Below, in pieces: positions 27,759-37,222 of a stretch of 64,000 bases of DNA (within the stretch, counting starts at the first letter, position 1; each line of letters starts with the position of its first letter). The stretch is taken from positions 1 to 64,000 of IMG/VR virus record IMGVR_UViG_3300043403_000102; one strand, 5' to 3'. A model generated the notes under the pieces. It saw only the letters and a program-made list of their open reading frames with translations. It did not search any database and was not told where the DNA came from. The DNA comes from a virus. The position numbers were made by a program, and so were the translations under genes.

Positions 27759-29032
27759 GGTGATTCCTTTACAGCGACCTGGCCGGTGAACGCTTCCCAA
27801 CGAGCAAGGGCCGCGTCAACATAGGTGGGATTTAACTCCATCGCAAAGCAACGACGATCCAGCTTTTCAGCAGCGATGATCTGCGACCCAGACCCAGAGA
27901 AGGGTTCGTAGCAAATATCACCCAGGCGGGTGTGGTTGACCATCGCCCGCGTGAACACCTCGACGGGCTTTTGCGTTGGGTGCACACGCTGCCCGTTCGA
28001 AACCTCGTGCGTGATATTCCAGACTGTTCCCTGGTTTCGCTCCCCGTAAAACGGCGGGCGCTCCCCCTTGATCCAACCATAAAGGCAGGGCTCGTGCTGC
28101 CAATGGTAGTCCGAGGCTCCAAAGATGATCGAGGGCTTCGCCCAGATAATCTGGTTGTGGATCAACATCCCGACATCCAGACACGCCTTAATGAACACGG
28201 GAGCCTGAGCAGATGAATGCCAAATGTAGATGGCCGCCTTTTGAGCCAGGGCATAGGCCAATGCCGTCGTCAGGAACCCCGCGAGCATCCGGTCAAGCTC
28301 AACCACGTCACGCCCGTCACCCGCGATCAAATCCCATTTACCTTCCGTCCCTTTAAGATCGGACCGCACGGTGTCTGTGTACGCCACACCATAGGGTGGA
28401 TCGGTGGCCATCAGCAACGCAGTCTTCCCACCCATAAGCCGCGTAACATCAGCATGGTTCGTCGAATCACCACACAGGATTCGATGCTTGCCCAGAACCC
28501 ACAGGTCGCCTACCTGAGACCTTGGCGTCACATTATCTGGTACTTCGTCAGCCCCCACAGGGGGTGCGGAAACATCACCAAGCCCCTTCAACATTGTGGT
28601 CAGGTCCTCTGGCATGTAACCCAGCCCTACAAACCCGTCGGCCACAGTCGACAGGTCCTTCAGCATTTCGGAGAGCATCTTGTCGTCCCAGCCGCCGATC
28701 TCGGAGATTCGGTTGTCGGCAATGAGGAACGCCTCGGCCTCTGCATCAGAGGCGAAAGACACGCCCCGAGTTACAGGTACAAGCCATTCGCCGTCGGGGG
28801 CGACAGTTATTCTGTCGGGAGCTGCCTTGCCGTCGGCCTTCATCTTCGCCAGCGTCTCCAGGCGCCCGTGCCCTGCCACAAGACGCCCGGTGGCCTCATT
28901 CAGGGTCAAGGGCTGCACGAAGCCGAATCGCCCAATGCTCTCGTCAAGCTTGTCGATCCTGTGTGTCTTCGGGTTCCTGGGAGCCTTCAAGATCGCCGTC
29001 AGCGGTGTGTACTCAATGCGAATGGATGACAT
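27755..29032 (-). CDS. ParB-N domain + N4C/N6A DNA methyltransferase
   Basis: N-terminal RNPKTH..SI.RFGF..AGHGRL..ADNR; TDPPYG, HPTQKP, EPFSGSGS. Confidence 0.92.
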   Translation of the reverse strand: MSSIRIEYTPLTAILKAPRNPKTHRIDKLDESIGRFGFVQPLTLNEATGRLVAGHGRLETLAKMKADGKAAPDRITVAPDGEWLVPVTRGVSFASDAEAEAFLIADNRISEIGGWDDKMLSEMLKDLSTVADGFVGLGYMPEDLTTMLKGLGDVSAPPVGADEVPDNVTPRSQVGDLWVLGKHRILCGDSTNHADVTRLMGGKTALLMATDPPYGVAYTDTVRSDLKGTEGKWDLIAGDGRDVVELDRMLAGFLTTALAYALAQKAAIYIWHSSAQAPVFIKACLDVGMLIHNQIIWAKPSIIFGASDYHWQHEPCLYGWIKGERPPFYGERNQGTVWNITHEVSNGQRVHPTQKPVEVFTRAMVNHTRLGDICYEPFSGSGSQIIAAEKLDRRCFAMELNPTYVDAALARWEAFTGQVAVKESP

Positions 29033-29242
29033 CTAAGACTCCGATCTCTTTTGAAGAGATGCTTGAACGCGCGCCTCAAGTATCGAGGCCAGCCCGCGAT
29101 CGATCTCTTGAAGCGTGTGGGCCGTGGGGGTGACTTGACCCGCCTCTATTCTCGTCAGCTCACGGGTGCTGATGCCCGAGCGCAGCGCAAGCTCATCCCG
29201 CGAGACGCGGAAGAACGCACGCATGACCCGAAGTAACCTCAC
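29033..29242 (-). CDS. XRE-family HTH regulator
   Basis: SRDELALRSGISTRELTRIEAG..TP. Confidence 0.8.
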   Translation of the reverse strand: MRLLRVMRAFFRVSRDELALRSGISTRELTRIEAGQVTPTAHTLQEIDRGLASILEARVQASLQKRSES

Positions 29243-29274
29243 GTCCCGAAAGTGACATGTCTACCGGGGGCCTG

Positions 29275-30048
29275 TCAACGTACATTGATGTTGGCGAAGG
29301 ACGGTCCCGTGTTGCTCGCCTGAGCAGCCCCGCCCCAACGGGACATCGCCTCGCGGCAGAACCACATTGCCATGACGGTGTCGGCCTGCCCGCTCATGGG
29401 GTAGTTGTTGACCTCGGTGGTCCAGACGCACCAGCCGCACTGACAGGTCGGGGGGTGGCCCTCGAACTCGTCGGCGGGGATGACCCAGGCCTTGTTGGCG
29501 AACTCGACTTCTAGGCTGGGCAGGCCGACGTCGACCTTGTGCTTGTTGGCCCCGGTGGTGAAGCTTTCGATCTTGTACCAGAACGAGGCATCGACGCCGC
29601 CGACGTTCCGAATCCAGTCGATGATGGACTGCTGGTATCCGTTGTTCTCGACCATGATGTGCCGCACGTTCGGGTAGCTGGCGTGCATCTGGGCCAGGTT
29701 CCGGGCGGTCTCGGGGCTGGTCCAGGCACCCCTTCGGATCTCCAGAGGGTAGCGGCGCTGGGTCGTGGGGTCGATAGACGCGGCAAAGATGACGTTACCG
29801 GCCCGCGTGGCCCCTGCCAAGTCGACACCCATGAACGTGGGCCAGCCGCTGCGCTGGATATTCCCCAGGGCCACGCCGTGGCTGTAGCAGTTCTTGAAGC
29901 TCGGGAACAGCCGCTCCTCGTCCGTGAAGGCGCGCATCTGGAACCCACGGGCAAAGCTGCGGGGGTTCTCCTGCTGCTCCCTGCGAAGGCGGTCGGCGGG
30001 CCAATGCTCCCAAGGAGCCAGGGCAGGCAGCCGGTGCGTGTGGTTCAT
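29275..30048 (-). CDS. terL: Terminase large subunit, C-terminal RNase H-like nuclease half
   Basis: PWEHWP..F...FQM linker, FMGVDLA, MVENNGYQ, YP....DTVMAMWF; own ATG coupled to the upstream stop. Confidence 0.85.
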   Translation of the reverse strand: MNHTHRLPALAPWEHWPADRLRREQQENPRSFARGFQMRAFTDEERLFPSFKNCYSHGVALGNIQRSGWPTFMGVDLAGATRAGNVIFAASIDPTTQRRYPLEIRRGAWTSPETARNLAQMHASYPNVRHIMVENNGYQQSIIDWIRNVGGVDASFWYKIESFTTGANKHKVDVGLPSLEVEFANKAWVIPADEFEGHPPTCQCGWCVWTTEVNNYPMSGQADTVMAMWFCREAMSRWGGAAQASNTGPSFANINVR

Positions 30049-30287
30049 TCCGTCAGTGTAACAACTGTCGTGACCGATGCCCGGAACTGCAGGAGCAACG
30101 CATCGATGAAGGGCTTCCCGTCTTTGGGAGCCACGACACCTCCTGCAGCCATGCTGTAAATCCCGTCATCCATGTCAGCGGAGAACTCAGGGTCATTGTA
30201 GGTCGCTTCGACCGTTCCGTCCTTCAGCAGCTCGAAGGAAGCCAGGCACTCGGGGGACTCGCCAACGGTCATCACGTTGTAGGTCAT
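30045..30287 (-). CDS. Small acidic hypothetical protein
   Basis: 80 aa, translationally coupled at both ends. Confidence 0.6.
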   Translation of the reverse strand: MTYNVMTVGESPECLASFELLKDGTVEATYNDPEFSADMDDGIYSMAAGGVVAPKDGKPFIDALLLQFRASVTTVVTLTE

Positions 30288-32794
30288 TTAGTTCTTACCG
30301 TCCCTTCTTCAGAATCTGACCCGCTCCAGGGAACAAGTTTTGAGTATGGAATGTCTTTAGGGCGCGGGCTCCAGCTTGGCGCCACTTCTGCCATCACGGC
30401 TTGCACCGTGCGCTGCGTGTCCTTGCCCAAGTCCAGCTCGGGGGACTCGTGAGAGAACTTGAAGCTGCCCTCTTCGCCGTGAAACTCGACCATGCGGGGG
30501 TTGGCCTTAAGGGCCTCCAGACGAACGATGACCCCGTGGATCGCTTCGGGCTCCAGGCCGTGAGCCTTGAGGGTACTGGCAATCTGGTGGGTGTCCGCAT
30601 GCTCGATCATCTTGGATACCTCCGGGTGTAGCGGGCCCTCGACGTGGCGGTCCACACGGGGCAACTTCGCCATATGGGAGGGGACGATGGAGGTGGGGAA
30701 CGCCAACCCGTGGTCTATGAGCAGGGGCGTGCGGGTCTTACCCTCGTAACTGGGCATCCAGTTCCGGCTGTGCCGATCGGTGTTGCCGATAATGAGATCG
30801 AAGGCGCGCATCTTTTGGAACCCGACGGGGTCGTCTTGGATTCCCTCCTGGGCTCTCGCGTGGGCGTTCGCGGTCAAGGTCTTCTCCACGTCCGCGGGCT
30901 TCACACCGAATTTAGCCGCGTTGGCGTTGTAGCGTTCCTGTAGGGCCGCCGTTAATTCCTTCGGTAATCCCTTCGGCTGGTGGGCCGCCTGGACCGAGCC
31001 AATGCCTTCGGGGAGGTCCTCGCGCACCACGGTCGGGGGCACCATGTGCCCGAGGCCGAGGACTTGGGAAAGGGCGTAGGCAGCGACCTCCCGCTTGTAG
31101 CTGGTACCCGGGGTCACGTCAGGACGCATACGCGGCTCCCCCGTGGCAGGCTTGTAGTAGGCCTGAGAGCCGTCAGGGAAGTGTAACCGTTGGGTAACGG
31201 ACACCCCCTTCTCCCCTTCCTTAAGGGGCTCGGCCTTTACGGGGGCCACGAACTCTAGCTTCGCGATTCCTTTGTCGATGACGTGGTCGGAGTCCTTCAC
31301 ATCCTCCTCACTCACCCAGTAGTGCCACTGATGGGACTTGTCCCCTATCTTGCGCTCGCGCTCGACCAGCACGAGGTTCTCACGCCCTGCCATGCGTGCG
31401 ACCCCCGGCATTGTCACGCTAGGCACGTCGCCAGGTGTGGTGGTCTCGACGACAGAGCGCACAGGCTCTGCATGCACGTGAACCGCGGCCCCTATACGCA
31501 CGAGGCGTGACTCGACGACAACCCAGTTCATTCCTCGGAACACCGCCGCAAGGTACAGGTCTTTGCGAGTGCCATAGTCCGCGGCGTAGGCGTGCTCCCA
31601 GCAGTCGATGGCCAGCAACACTGGGCACCCCGCCATGACGCCGTCGGCATGCTTCTCGACGAGGTTCACCCGAGGGCGCCGTTCGACAAGATCCCAAACC
31701 ACCAGCACCCACCCATCGGTCGAACCGCAGGCCGCCCTTAGGTCCCGCGTGAAGTTCTCCCAAGACCCCCAGGACCTCTCGACCGCTTGAAGAAATACAG
31801 GCAAGGGGTGGCCGGGCACCGACGTGAACTGCTCGAAGTAGAACTCGTGCAGGGTCACGGCATTGTAGGCGCTGGGCTCAGACCGCAGGAGCTCGCCGTG
31901 CTCGGCCCACCCCATGCCTGAAAAAGGTTGCACCGCGCGGGGCATCCCGAGCCGATCGGCCACGGTCCCCCGCAGCGTCGTGTACGGGTCGGGCCTGCCT
32001 TGATAAATGTTCGTGGCGGCCTTGCCCCCGAGGGACTGCATGATGATGTCGACCGCTTCGAGCTTGGCCAGGGCCTCGGGCCACGCCGCATACTCGGCAC
32101 GCCAGTCAGGGGCCCCGCTATCGAGCCACCTCCCGAAGGCCTCGGCCCAGGCCTCCTCGGGGTGCTTCTGGGCGTAGTGAGCGGGGGCATAGGTCAGGTA
32201 TTCGACGAAGCCCCGGCTGCTGGTGTTGGGCTCTAGGGTGTCGTCGCGCTGGGGGTATGGGATCGTCGGATCTCCGAACGCCGCCAACCACAGCGGGTTC
32301 GCGCCCAATTCGTACCCGAAGAACACCGCGTGACCCAGCTCATGACGAAGGCAGCGCAGCACCTGGTCAAAGGCATAGGCGAACTCCTGGGTCCGCGAGG
32401 CCAGGCGCCACAGTTCGGCCGTGGCCAGGAACCAGGGGACGTTGATTCTGACGCTCTTGTCCGAGGTCCAGAAGTCTTCCGTCCCCAGGTACCAGGTGGG
32501 CCAGAACGCAGGGGCAGGGGTCTTGTACGTGAACTCGAGCTGTACCAGGGCCAGGGCGTCTTTCAGCGGCCCCACCGCGGGGGCGATCGAAAGCTCCAGG
32601 TGCCTGACGGGGAACGCCAGCAGGGTGCTGGTTGCGGGCCCCCTGGCGGGTTCGGCCGTCAGGGGGTAGGAAGTCTGAATGGCGTTCAGACGGTCGACCG
32701 CACGTCCGTAAAGGGACAAGTGCTGGTCGAGCATGCGGTCACTGATTCCCGTCAGCGCCCCTCGTAGGTAGGAGAAGTCCCTTGCGATTCTCAC
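30284..32794 (-). CDS. Fusion: Fe/Mn superoxide dismutase + nested Zn metallopeptidase + PI3/4-kinase-like domain
   Basis: DQHLSLY / LHEFYF / IDCWEHAY; RHELGH..HPEEAWAE; YKP..GE, REVAAY, GNTDRH.RN, LIDHGLAF. Confidence 0.85.
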   Translation of the reverse strand: MRIARDFSYLRGALTGISDRMLDQHLSLYGRAVDRLNAIQTSYPLTAEPARGPATSTLLAFPVRHLELSIAPAVGPLKDALALVQLEFTYKTPAPAFWPTWYLGTEDFWTSDKSVRINVPWFLATAELWRLASRTQEFAYAFDQVLRCLRHELGHAVFFGYELGANPLWLAAFGDPTIPYPQRDDTLEPNTSSRGFVEYLTYAPAHYAQKHPEEAWAEAFGRWLDSGAPDWRAEYAAWPEALAKLEAVDIIMQSLGGKAATNIYQGRPDPYTTLRGTVADRLGMPRAVQPFSGMGWAEHGELLRSEPSAYNAVTLHEFYFEQFTSVPGHPLPVFLQAVERSWGSWENFTRDLRAACGSTDGWVLVVWDLVERRPRVNLVEKHADGVMAGCPVLLAIDCWEHAYAADYGTRKDLYLAAVFRGMNWVVVESRLVRIGAAVHVHAEPVRSVVETTTPGDVPSVTMPGVARMAGRENLVLVERERKIGDKSHQWHYWVSEEDVKDSDHVIDKGIAKLEFVAPVKAEPLKEGEKGVSVTQRLHFPDGSQAYYKPATGEPRMRPDVTPGTSYKREVAAYALSQVLGLGHMVPPTVVREDLPEGIGSVQAAHQPKGLPKELTAALQERYNANAAKFGVKPADVEKTLTANAHARAQEGIQDDPVGFQKMRAFDLIIGNTDRHSRNWMPSYEGKTRTPLLIDHGLAFPTSIVPSHMAKLPRVDRHVEGPLHPEVSKMIEHADTHQIASTLKAHGLEPEAIHGVIVRLEALKANPRMVEFHGEEGSFKFSHESPELDLGKDTQRTVQAVMAEVAPSWSPRPKDIPYSKLVPWSGSDSEEGTVRTK

Positions 32795-32807
32795 AGCGAG
32801 CAGGCTA

Positions 32808-33512
32808 TCAGACTTTGGAGGGCTTGGGCCACAGGATGCGTCGGGTACGACTACCGCTGGCCTGGCTCATGCGGGCCTCGCCACGGCTTAGGAACAGGAC
32901 CTCACCGTCGGGGGCCTCGGCAATCTGATAGCCGCCTTGGGCGATCTCGAAGGGCTCCAGCTCGTGCGTGTCCAGGTACGTCGTGCGGCCGTCGTGGGGC
33001 TTCAAGATGGGGAGGCCGAACCACTTAGGCAGCACGAAGTCACTCACGGGGATGATGCGGGTCTGCCCGAGCAGCTCGACCTCAATGCCGTATTCGTCTC
33101 GCTGAACCGGGTCACCAAGTTCGACGTAGTACGTGCGTCCCTTGGGCCCGTCGACCTTGCGGTCGAGCCTGGGGTTGCCGAACATCTCAAGGGCCTCATG
33201 CGACAGGGTCACGCTCGGGTGCTTCGACTGGCTCATGTCCACGAGACCGAAAACCCGCGACCCGAGCTGCGAATGATAGCCCGCGCTGTCGGCGTTGCCG
33301 TCGTCGTCGACGATGCCCAGGATGGCGGCCTGGTCCGCAGGGATACGCTCGGCGTGGCCATAGAAGGCCATGCCGGGGGTAACGCCCCAAAGCGGGGCCA
33401 CATGCTCGCGGAGCTGCTTGGCAACGGCCGCAACCCACCACGCCACCTCATCGTCTTTGGCGACGGTCGAGTGGTTATAAACGGCGATGTGCGTGATGGG
33501 TTGGTCGGTCAC
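32808..33512 (-). CDS. Putative zincin-like metalloprotein
   Basis: AGYH, TLSHEALE, VELGDPV, SDFVLPKWF. Confidence 0.6.
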   Translation of the reverse strand: MTDQPITHIAVYNHSTVAKDDEVAWWVAAVAKQLREHVAPLWGVTPGMAFYGHAERIPADQAAILGIVDDDGNADSAGYHSQLGSRVFGLVDMSQSKHPSVTLSHEALEMFGNPRLDRKVDGPKGRTYYVELGDPVQRDEYGIEVELLGQTRIIPVSDFVLPKWFGLPILKPHDGRTTYLDTHELEPFEIAQGGYQIAEAPDGEVLFLSRGEARMSQASGSRTRRILWPKPSKV

Positions 33513-33883
33513 TTGAACGTGTAGCCCTTCTCGGACAGGAACATCTTCGCGTGGGAGGCCGCCGCGCTGCTGACGGTGTCGGCCTTGTTGGCATCGGCAG
33601 CCTCGCCGAACTGCTTACCCGAGGACTTAACAACACACGCGATCACGTCCTCGGTGATGCCGACGGCGGGGTTGATGAGGCCGATGAGGCAGCCAGTCCA
33701 GCCGCCCACCCCCACGAGGCAATCATTGATCTTGGGAATGAGGGGGATCCCAAAGTCGCGTACGGCCTGGGTCGAGCAGTCGATGATGCCGGGGTGTCCG
33801 GGGCCAGGCATCGGCTGGGGACAGCCCGCCACCGCACTGAGTCCAAGAAGAACGGCAAGGATCCGACGGATGATGTTGTTCAT
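33509..33883 (-). CDS. Lipoprotein
   Basis: Signal peptide with lipobox VAGC. Confidence 0.7.
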   Translation of the reverse strand: MNNIIRRILAVLLGLSAVAGCPQPMPGPGHPGIIDCSTQAVRDFGIPLIPKINDCLVGVGGWTGCLIGLINPAVGITEDVIACVVKSSGKQFGEAADANKADTVSSAAASHAKMFLSEKGYTFK

Positions 33884-33903
33884 CCCGAAAGCCTACCACG
33901 AAC

Positions 33904-34140
33904 CTAAGACGGCTTGTCGTCCGTGGCGGGGATGCCGATGGTGGCAGCCATCAACACGCGCATCTCGAAGGGGACCTCGCGGGCGTCATAGACCACCGAG
34001 AAGCCGTGCTCGCTGCAGAACGTGATCGTCATGTGCTTCACGGGCGCCCCCTCGGTGGCCACGTTCAGGTAGTCGGGCAAGGCGCTGAGAAAGCTGCGGA
34101 GCTTCTCGCGGCGCGATCGTTCGGCGTCGTCCTTCATCAA
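33904..34140 (-). CDS. Hypothetical protein
   Basis: Coupled ORF. Confidence 0.5.
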   Translation of the reverse strand: MMKDDAERSRREKLRSFLSALPDYLNVATEGAPVKHMTITFCSEHGFSVVYDAREVPFEMRVLMAATIGIPATDDKPS

Positions 34141-34496
34141 AGTCCCTCTAGGGTAGCAAGTAAGATCTGTTCAATGGATTCGAGGTCGTCCTGCTCGGCC
34201 GCGATAACCACCGCGGTGGTCATGTCGTCGTCGGGGGACTTTAGCTGAAGCTGCTCGATGGCGTTGGTGGCCCGCTCGTCTAGCTCACTCGGGGGCAGCT
34301 TCCGGTTGCTCATCTCGCGACGCAGGTACCAGAGCGCCTTCTCGATGTCCTGACGGCTGGTGCCCTTGCTGCCGTGGCGCCAGACGTACTTGATGACGTT
34401 GGCGAGGTTGAACTGAAACCCCTCGACGACATCAATGCACTCGACGCCACTGATGTGGCCCGTGTAATGTCGGGGGTGATGAACGGGGTCGCTCAT
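34137..34496 (-). CDS. DUF3310 domain protein
   Basis: DPVHHPRHY..GVECID..NVIKYVWR..KG..DIEKALWYL. Confidence 0.88.
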   Translation of the reverse strand: MSDPVHHPRHYTGHISGVECIDVVEGFQFNLANVIKYVWRHGSKGTSRQDIEKALWYLRREMSNRKLPPSELDERATNAIEQLQLKSPDDDMTTAVVIAAEQDDLESIEQILLATLEGL

Positions 34497-35125
34497 CACT
34501 TCCATCCCGGCAGGGCGTAGTTTCTGATAACGTTGGGGGAACGGGTCACGGCCTCGGAAACTTCTATCCGGTAGAGCTGCTGCTCTTTGGGGTTGGGAAC
34601 CGTGTGCCTGCACATCTGCCAGGCAGAGGTCACGTTGCCCGAGGAGCAAGCCATGACTTGCGCCCCCCACAAGATTCGGATCAACGGCAACGTCACCGAG
34701 CTCTCCGCACGCCAGCGGATGATGACGTCGGTCGGTATGGCGCTCCCCGTTCGCGGAGCCCAAGCCACCTCGGTCTCAACGCCGCTCAGCATGTAATTCC
34801 CCCCGATCAAGAACATCACGGTGGCCACAGGCACCGCCTGGGTCCCGGAATCCGCCGGGGGCTTGGGAGGGGCCGGGGGAGGGGCCGGGCTCGCGTCTGG
34901 GGCCCGCTCGGGGACTTGGGGACCCGGTACCCCAGAATCCTGGGGAACGGGGCTCTGAGGCGTTCCTATTGCGAACGGGGCGGCCTGGACCCCCGCGTCT
35001 ATCAGGGGGGCGGTCTCGAACTCCGCGTTATCCCCAGCGCACCCCGTCAAGAGCCGTAGCCCCAACGTAGCGCCAAGCAGGCCTCGAACCCTACGCCAAC
35101 CCGACGGACCTTTTGAAGCGTTCAT
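34496..35125 (-). CDS. Pro-rich putative lipoprotein
   Basis: LTGC lipobox, AGGAGG SD. Confidence 0.6.
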   Translation of the reverse strand: MNASKGPSGWRRVRGLLGATLGLRLLTGCAGDNAEFETAPLIDAGVQAAPFAIGTPQSPVPQDSGVPGPQVPERAPDASPAPPPAPPKPPADSGTQAVPVATVMFLIGGNYMLSGVETEVAWAPRTGSAIPTDVIIRWRAESSVTLPLIRILWGAQVMACSSGNVTSAWQMCRHTVPNPKEQQLYRIEVSEAVTRSPNVIRNYALPGWK

Positions 35126-35146
35126 GCTGTGTGCCCTCCTGAAGTG

Positions 35147-35172
35147 TATTTAGGGGGCGTTCTCAAGTTTAC
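35147..35172 (-). promoter_or_regulatory. GTAAAC-N14-TAAATA promoter-like motif, copy 1
   Basis: Repeated 8 times upstream of gene starts. Confidence 0.75.
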
Positions 35173-35373
35173 TCCGCAGGTCAATCACCCGGATCCAACA
35201 AGCCGCAATCCAGTACCCCGGGATTGCGGGGTACCCCCTCCCCACGGGATGAAGCTCAATTTCCCCTACGGCCCCCGCATCACAGTACCGACGATAACGG
35301 TGGTTGTTCCCCACGTCGGCGAACCCGCACGGGGGCTTACACCCGGGGACGTGGAACTTGTCGCGTTCGTTGC

Positions 35374-35796
35374 TCAAGTGTTCGACCTTCGATGAGCGAG
35401 CACCCGCCGCGCATAGGGGCTCGGCCTGCATCGACCCCCGTTGTATTGGGTCAGGGCATGCAACTCGACCCCCTCGCACACGTCGAGTGCCCTCTTCAAG
35501 AGGCGCATCCCGCACCGCACATTGAGGCGCAGGTTGCGCAGACCCCCTCGCTCGGCCCGGCAATACTCGATGGCTCGCCCGCTGGGGGCCACCTGCATCA
35601 CGCCAAGCTCCCCGCGCTTGCCGACGACGTCCTGTCGATAGGCGCTTTCATGGGCCGCCACCATGATGGCCAGGTCGGCGGGTACCCCTATGCGCGTGGC
35701 CTCGGTGAGGATGATGGGCGCCAGCACGCGCACCCTTGCTATGGGTGCTCGCGGCGACGCCGTCAGCATCATGGCTATGATTCCTGCGATGGTCAT
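35374..35796 (-). CDS. Lytic transglycosylase (SLT domain)
   Basis: AHES, GELGVMQV, NVRCGMRLL, ALTQYNGG; hydrophobic N-terminus. Confidence 0.88.
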   Translation of the reverse strand: MTIAGIIAMMLTASPRAPIARVRVLAPIILTEATRIGVPADLAIMVAAHESAYRQDVVGKRGELGVMQVAPSGRAIEYCRAERGGLRNLRLNVRCGMRLLKRALDVCEGVELHALTQYNGGRCRPSPYARRVLAHRRSNT

Positions 35797-35822
35797 GGTC
35801 GCGTCAGTCTACAACGCATAAC

Positions 35823-36539
35823 TCATCGCCGCGAAAAGCTCATGTCCCAAACGTTGTGAACGATGTTCCGCTTCCAGTCCCAGATCGAAACCTGCTTAAG
35901 CCCCTTCGAGGTGAAGTGCGACAGCATGCAGTCTTTGGGGAATGGCTCGTCGCTGAAGCACAAACGTCCATTCAGGAAGTCGACCCCCGCTTTAGGGAAC
36001 ACGAGGTCGCGTGCCCAGTTGGACCCCGTCGATGAAGGAGTGAGCAAGAGGATCTCGGCCCCCTGCTCGGCCTCCTCCGCGCAACGCTTGGCCCAAGTAG
36101 GGGTGTCGTTGAACTCGCAGTTCAGCCACAGCAGACCCCCTATCTTGTGCCAGGGCCACGCGAAGGCATCGAAGCCCTCGGCCTTGGGGTCGGAGTTTTG
36201 GATCGTGTATTCGATCTTGACCTCGCGCCCTAGGCGGTGGTTCTTGGTGTTGTCCTCGATGGCACGCATGACGAAGGACGACGCATCGGCATTCGATGCC
36301 CCCTTAGTGACGAGGGCCTCGCCTATGGTCACAATCTCGGCGGTCGTGCATTCCCCGGATACCAGCGTCTCGGTGAACTCCTTGGGCGCGAAATACCGCG
36401 ACGACTGCGTGTTCCCTGCATGCGCAGCGAGGTCGAAGCTGATGGGGCCGTACCGCGCGGTGACGGCAGCCATGAGGTTGTCAGGGGTGCGATAGTCCTG
36501 CTTGGACTTCACACCACTTGTGATACGTGGGCCGCTCAT
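35823..36539 (-). CDS. Phage Dam-like N6-adenine methyltransferase, atypical
   Basis: DYRTP..FDLAA..N, W..GLLWLNCEF..W, LLTP.STG.NW, GRLCF. Confidence 0.7.
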   Translation of the reverse strand: MSGPRITSGVKSKQDYRTPDNLMAAVTARYGPISFDLAAHAGNTQSSRYFAPKEFTETLVSGECTTAEIVTIGEALVTKGASNADASSFVMRAIEDNTKNHRLGREVKIEYTIQNSDPKAEGFDAFAWPWHKIGGLLWLNCEFNDTPTWAKRCAEEAEQGAEILLLTPSSTGSNWARDLVFPKAGVDFLNGRLCFSDEPFPKDCMLSHFTSKGLKQVSIWDWKRNIVHNVWDMSFSRR

Positions 36540-36931
36540 GTTCTCACCTTCCTCACCTTCCTATGCGGTTCCGGTTTTTGCTTGAACGACCACCACTCGG
36601 CGCCGTCGTACTCACTCCGTTCGAGCCACCAATTACTGCCGACAATCACAAGCGCTGCAGGGACCTCTTGAGAACCATGCCCAGGGTAATACGAAGCAAA
36701 GTGGGTCTCGGCGTAGGCAACGAAGCCCGCCCAATCACACGTTTTAAGCTCCAGGGCGCCGCCAACGGCCTGGAAAAACTCGATGTCCTCTGGAGTTTTT
36801 CCGTACTCCTTAAGAGCCCTAATCGTTTCGAATAACAAGTTCTCCCTGCGCTCGCTCACTTTGGTTCCTCGGGTGGTAGTTCTTGACCCCCGTTCGGGAC
36901 GTAGAACATCAGGCGAAAGCACAAGGGACAC
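36536..36931 (-). CDS. Hypothetical protein
   Basis: Y..G.GSQE..WWLERSEYDGAEWW phage family motif; true start probably internal. Confidence 0.6.
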   Translation of the reverse strand: MSLVLSPDVLRPERGSRTTTRGTKVSERRENLLFETIRALKEYGKTPEDIEFFQAVGGALELKTCDWAGFVAYAETHFASYYPGHGSQEVPAALVIVGSNWWLERSEYDGAEWWSFKQKPEPHRKVRKVRT

Positions 36932-37222
36932 GCAGGGTAGACCACGGCCTTCGAACTGGGACGTGGGCCCTGCTTGGTCTGTTCGCGGTGGTCCTCGCAG
37001 TAGTACAGGAACGTCGCACTCATTGAATCGGACCTAGACCGAAGGCGACATGCAGCTTTTCAATAACCGGAAATAGCACGCCCTCCATGGTATTTCGGAT
37101 TGGTGCCTCTCGCAGCGCCTTGTACAGGATCGTTATGCACAGCGCCTCGTCCCTCGTCAGCTCGACTCTCGCCGCTCTTGGTATATTGTGCGCCGCCAAT
37201 ACAGCATCTCGCATGTTCATCG

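Noticed and set aside
29251-29279. TTGACA-N17-TCACTT sigma-70 promoter before the XRE gene
   Set aside because: The -10 lacks the conserved TA; single occurrence
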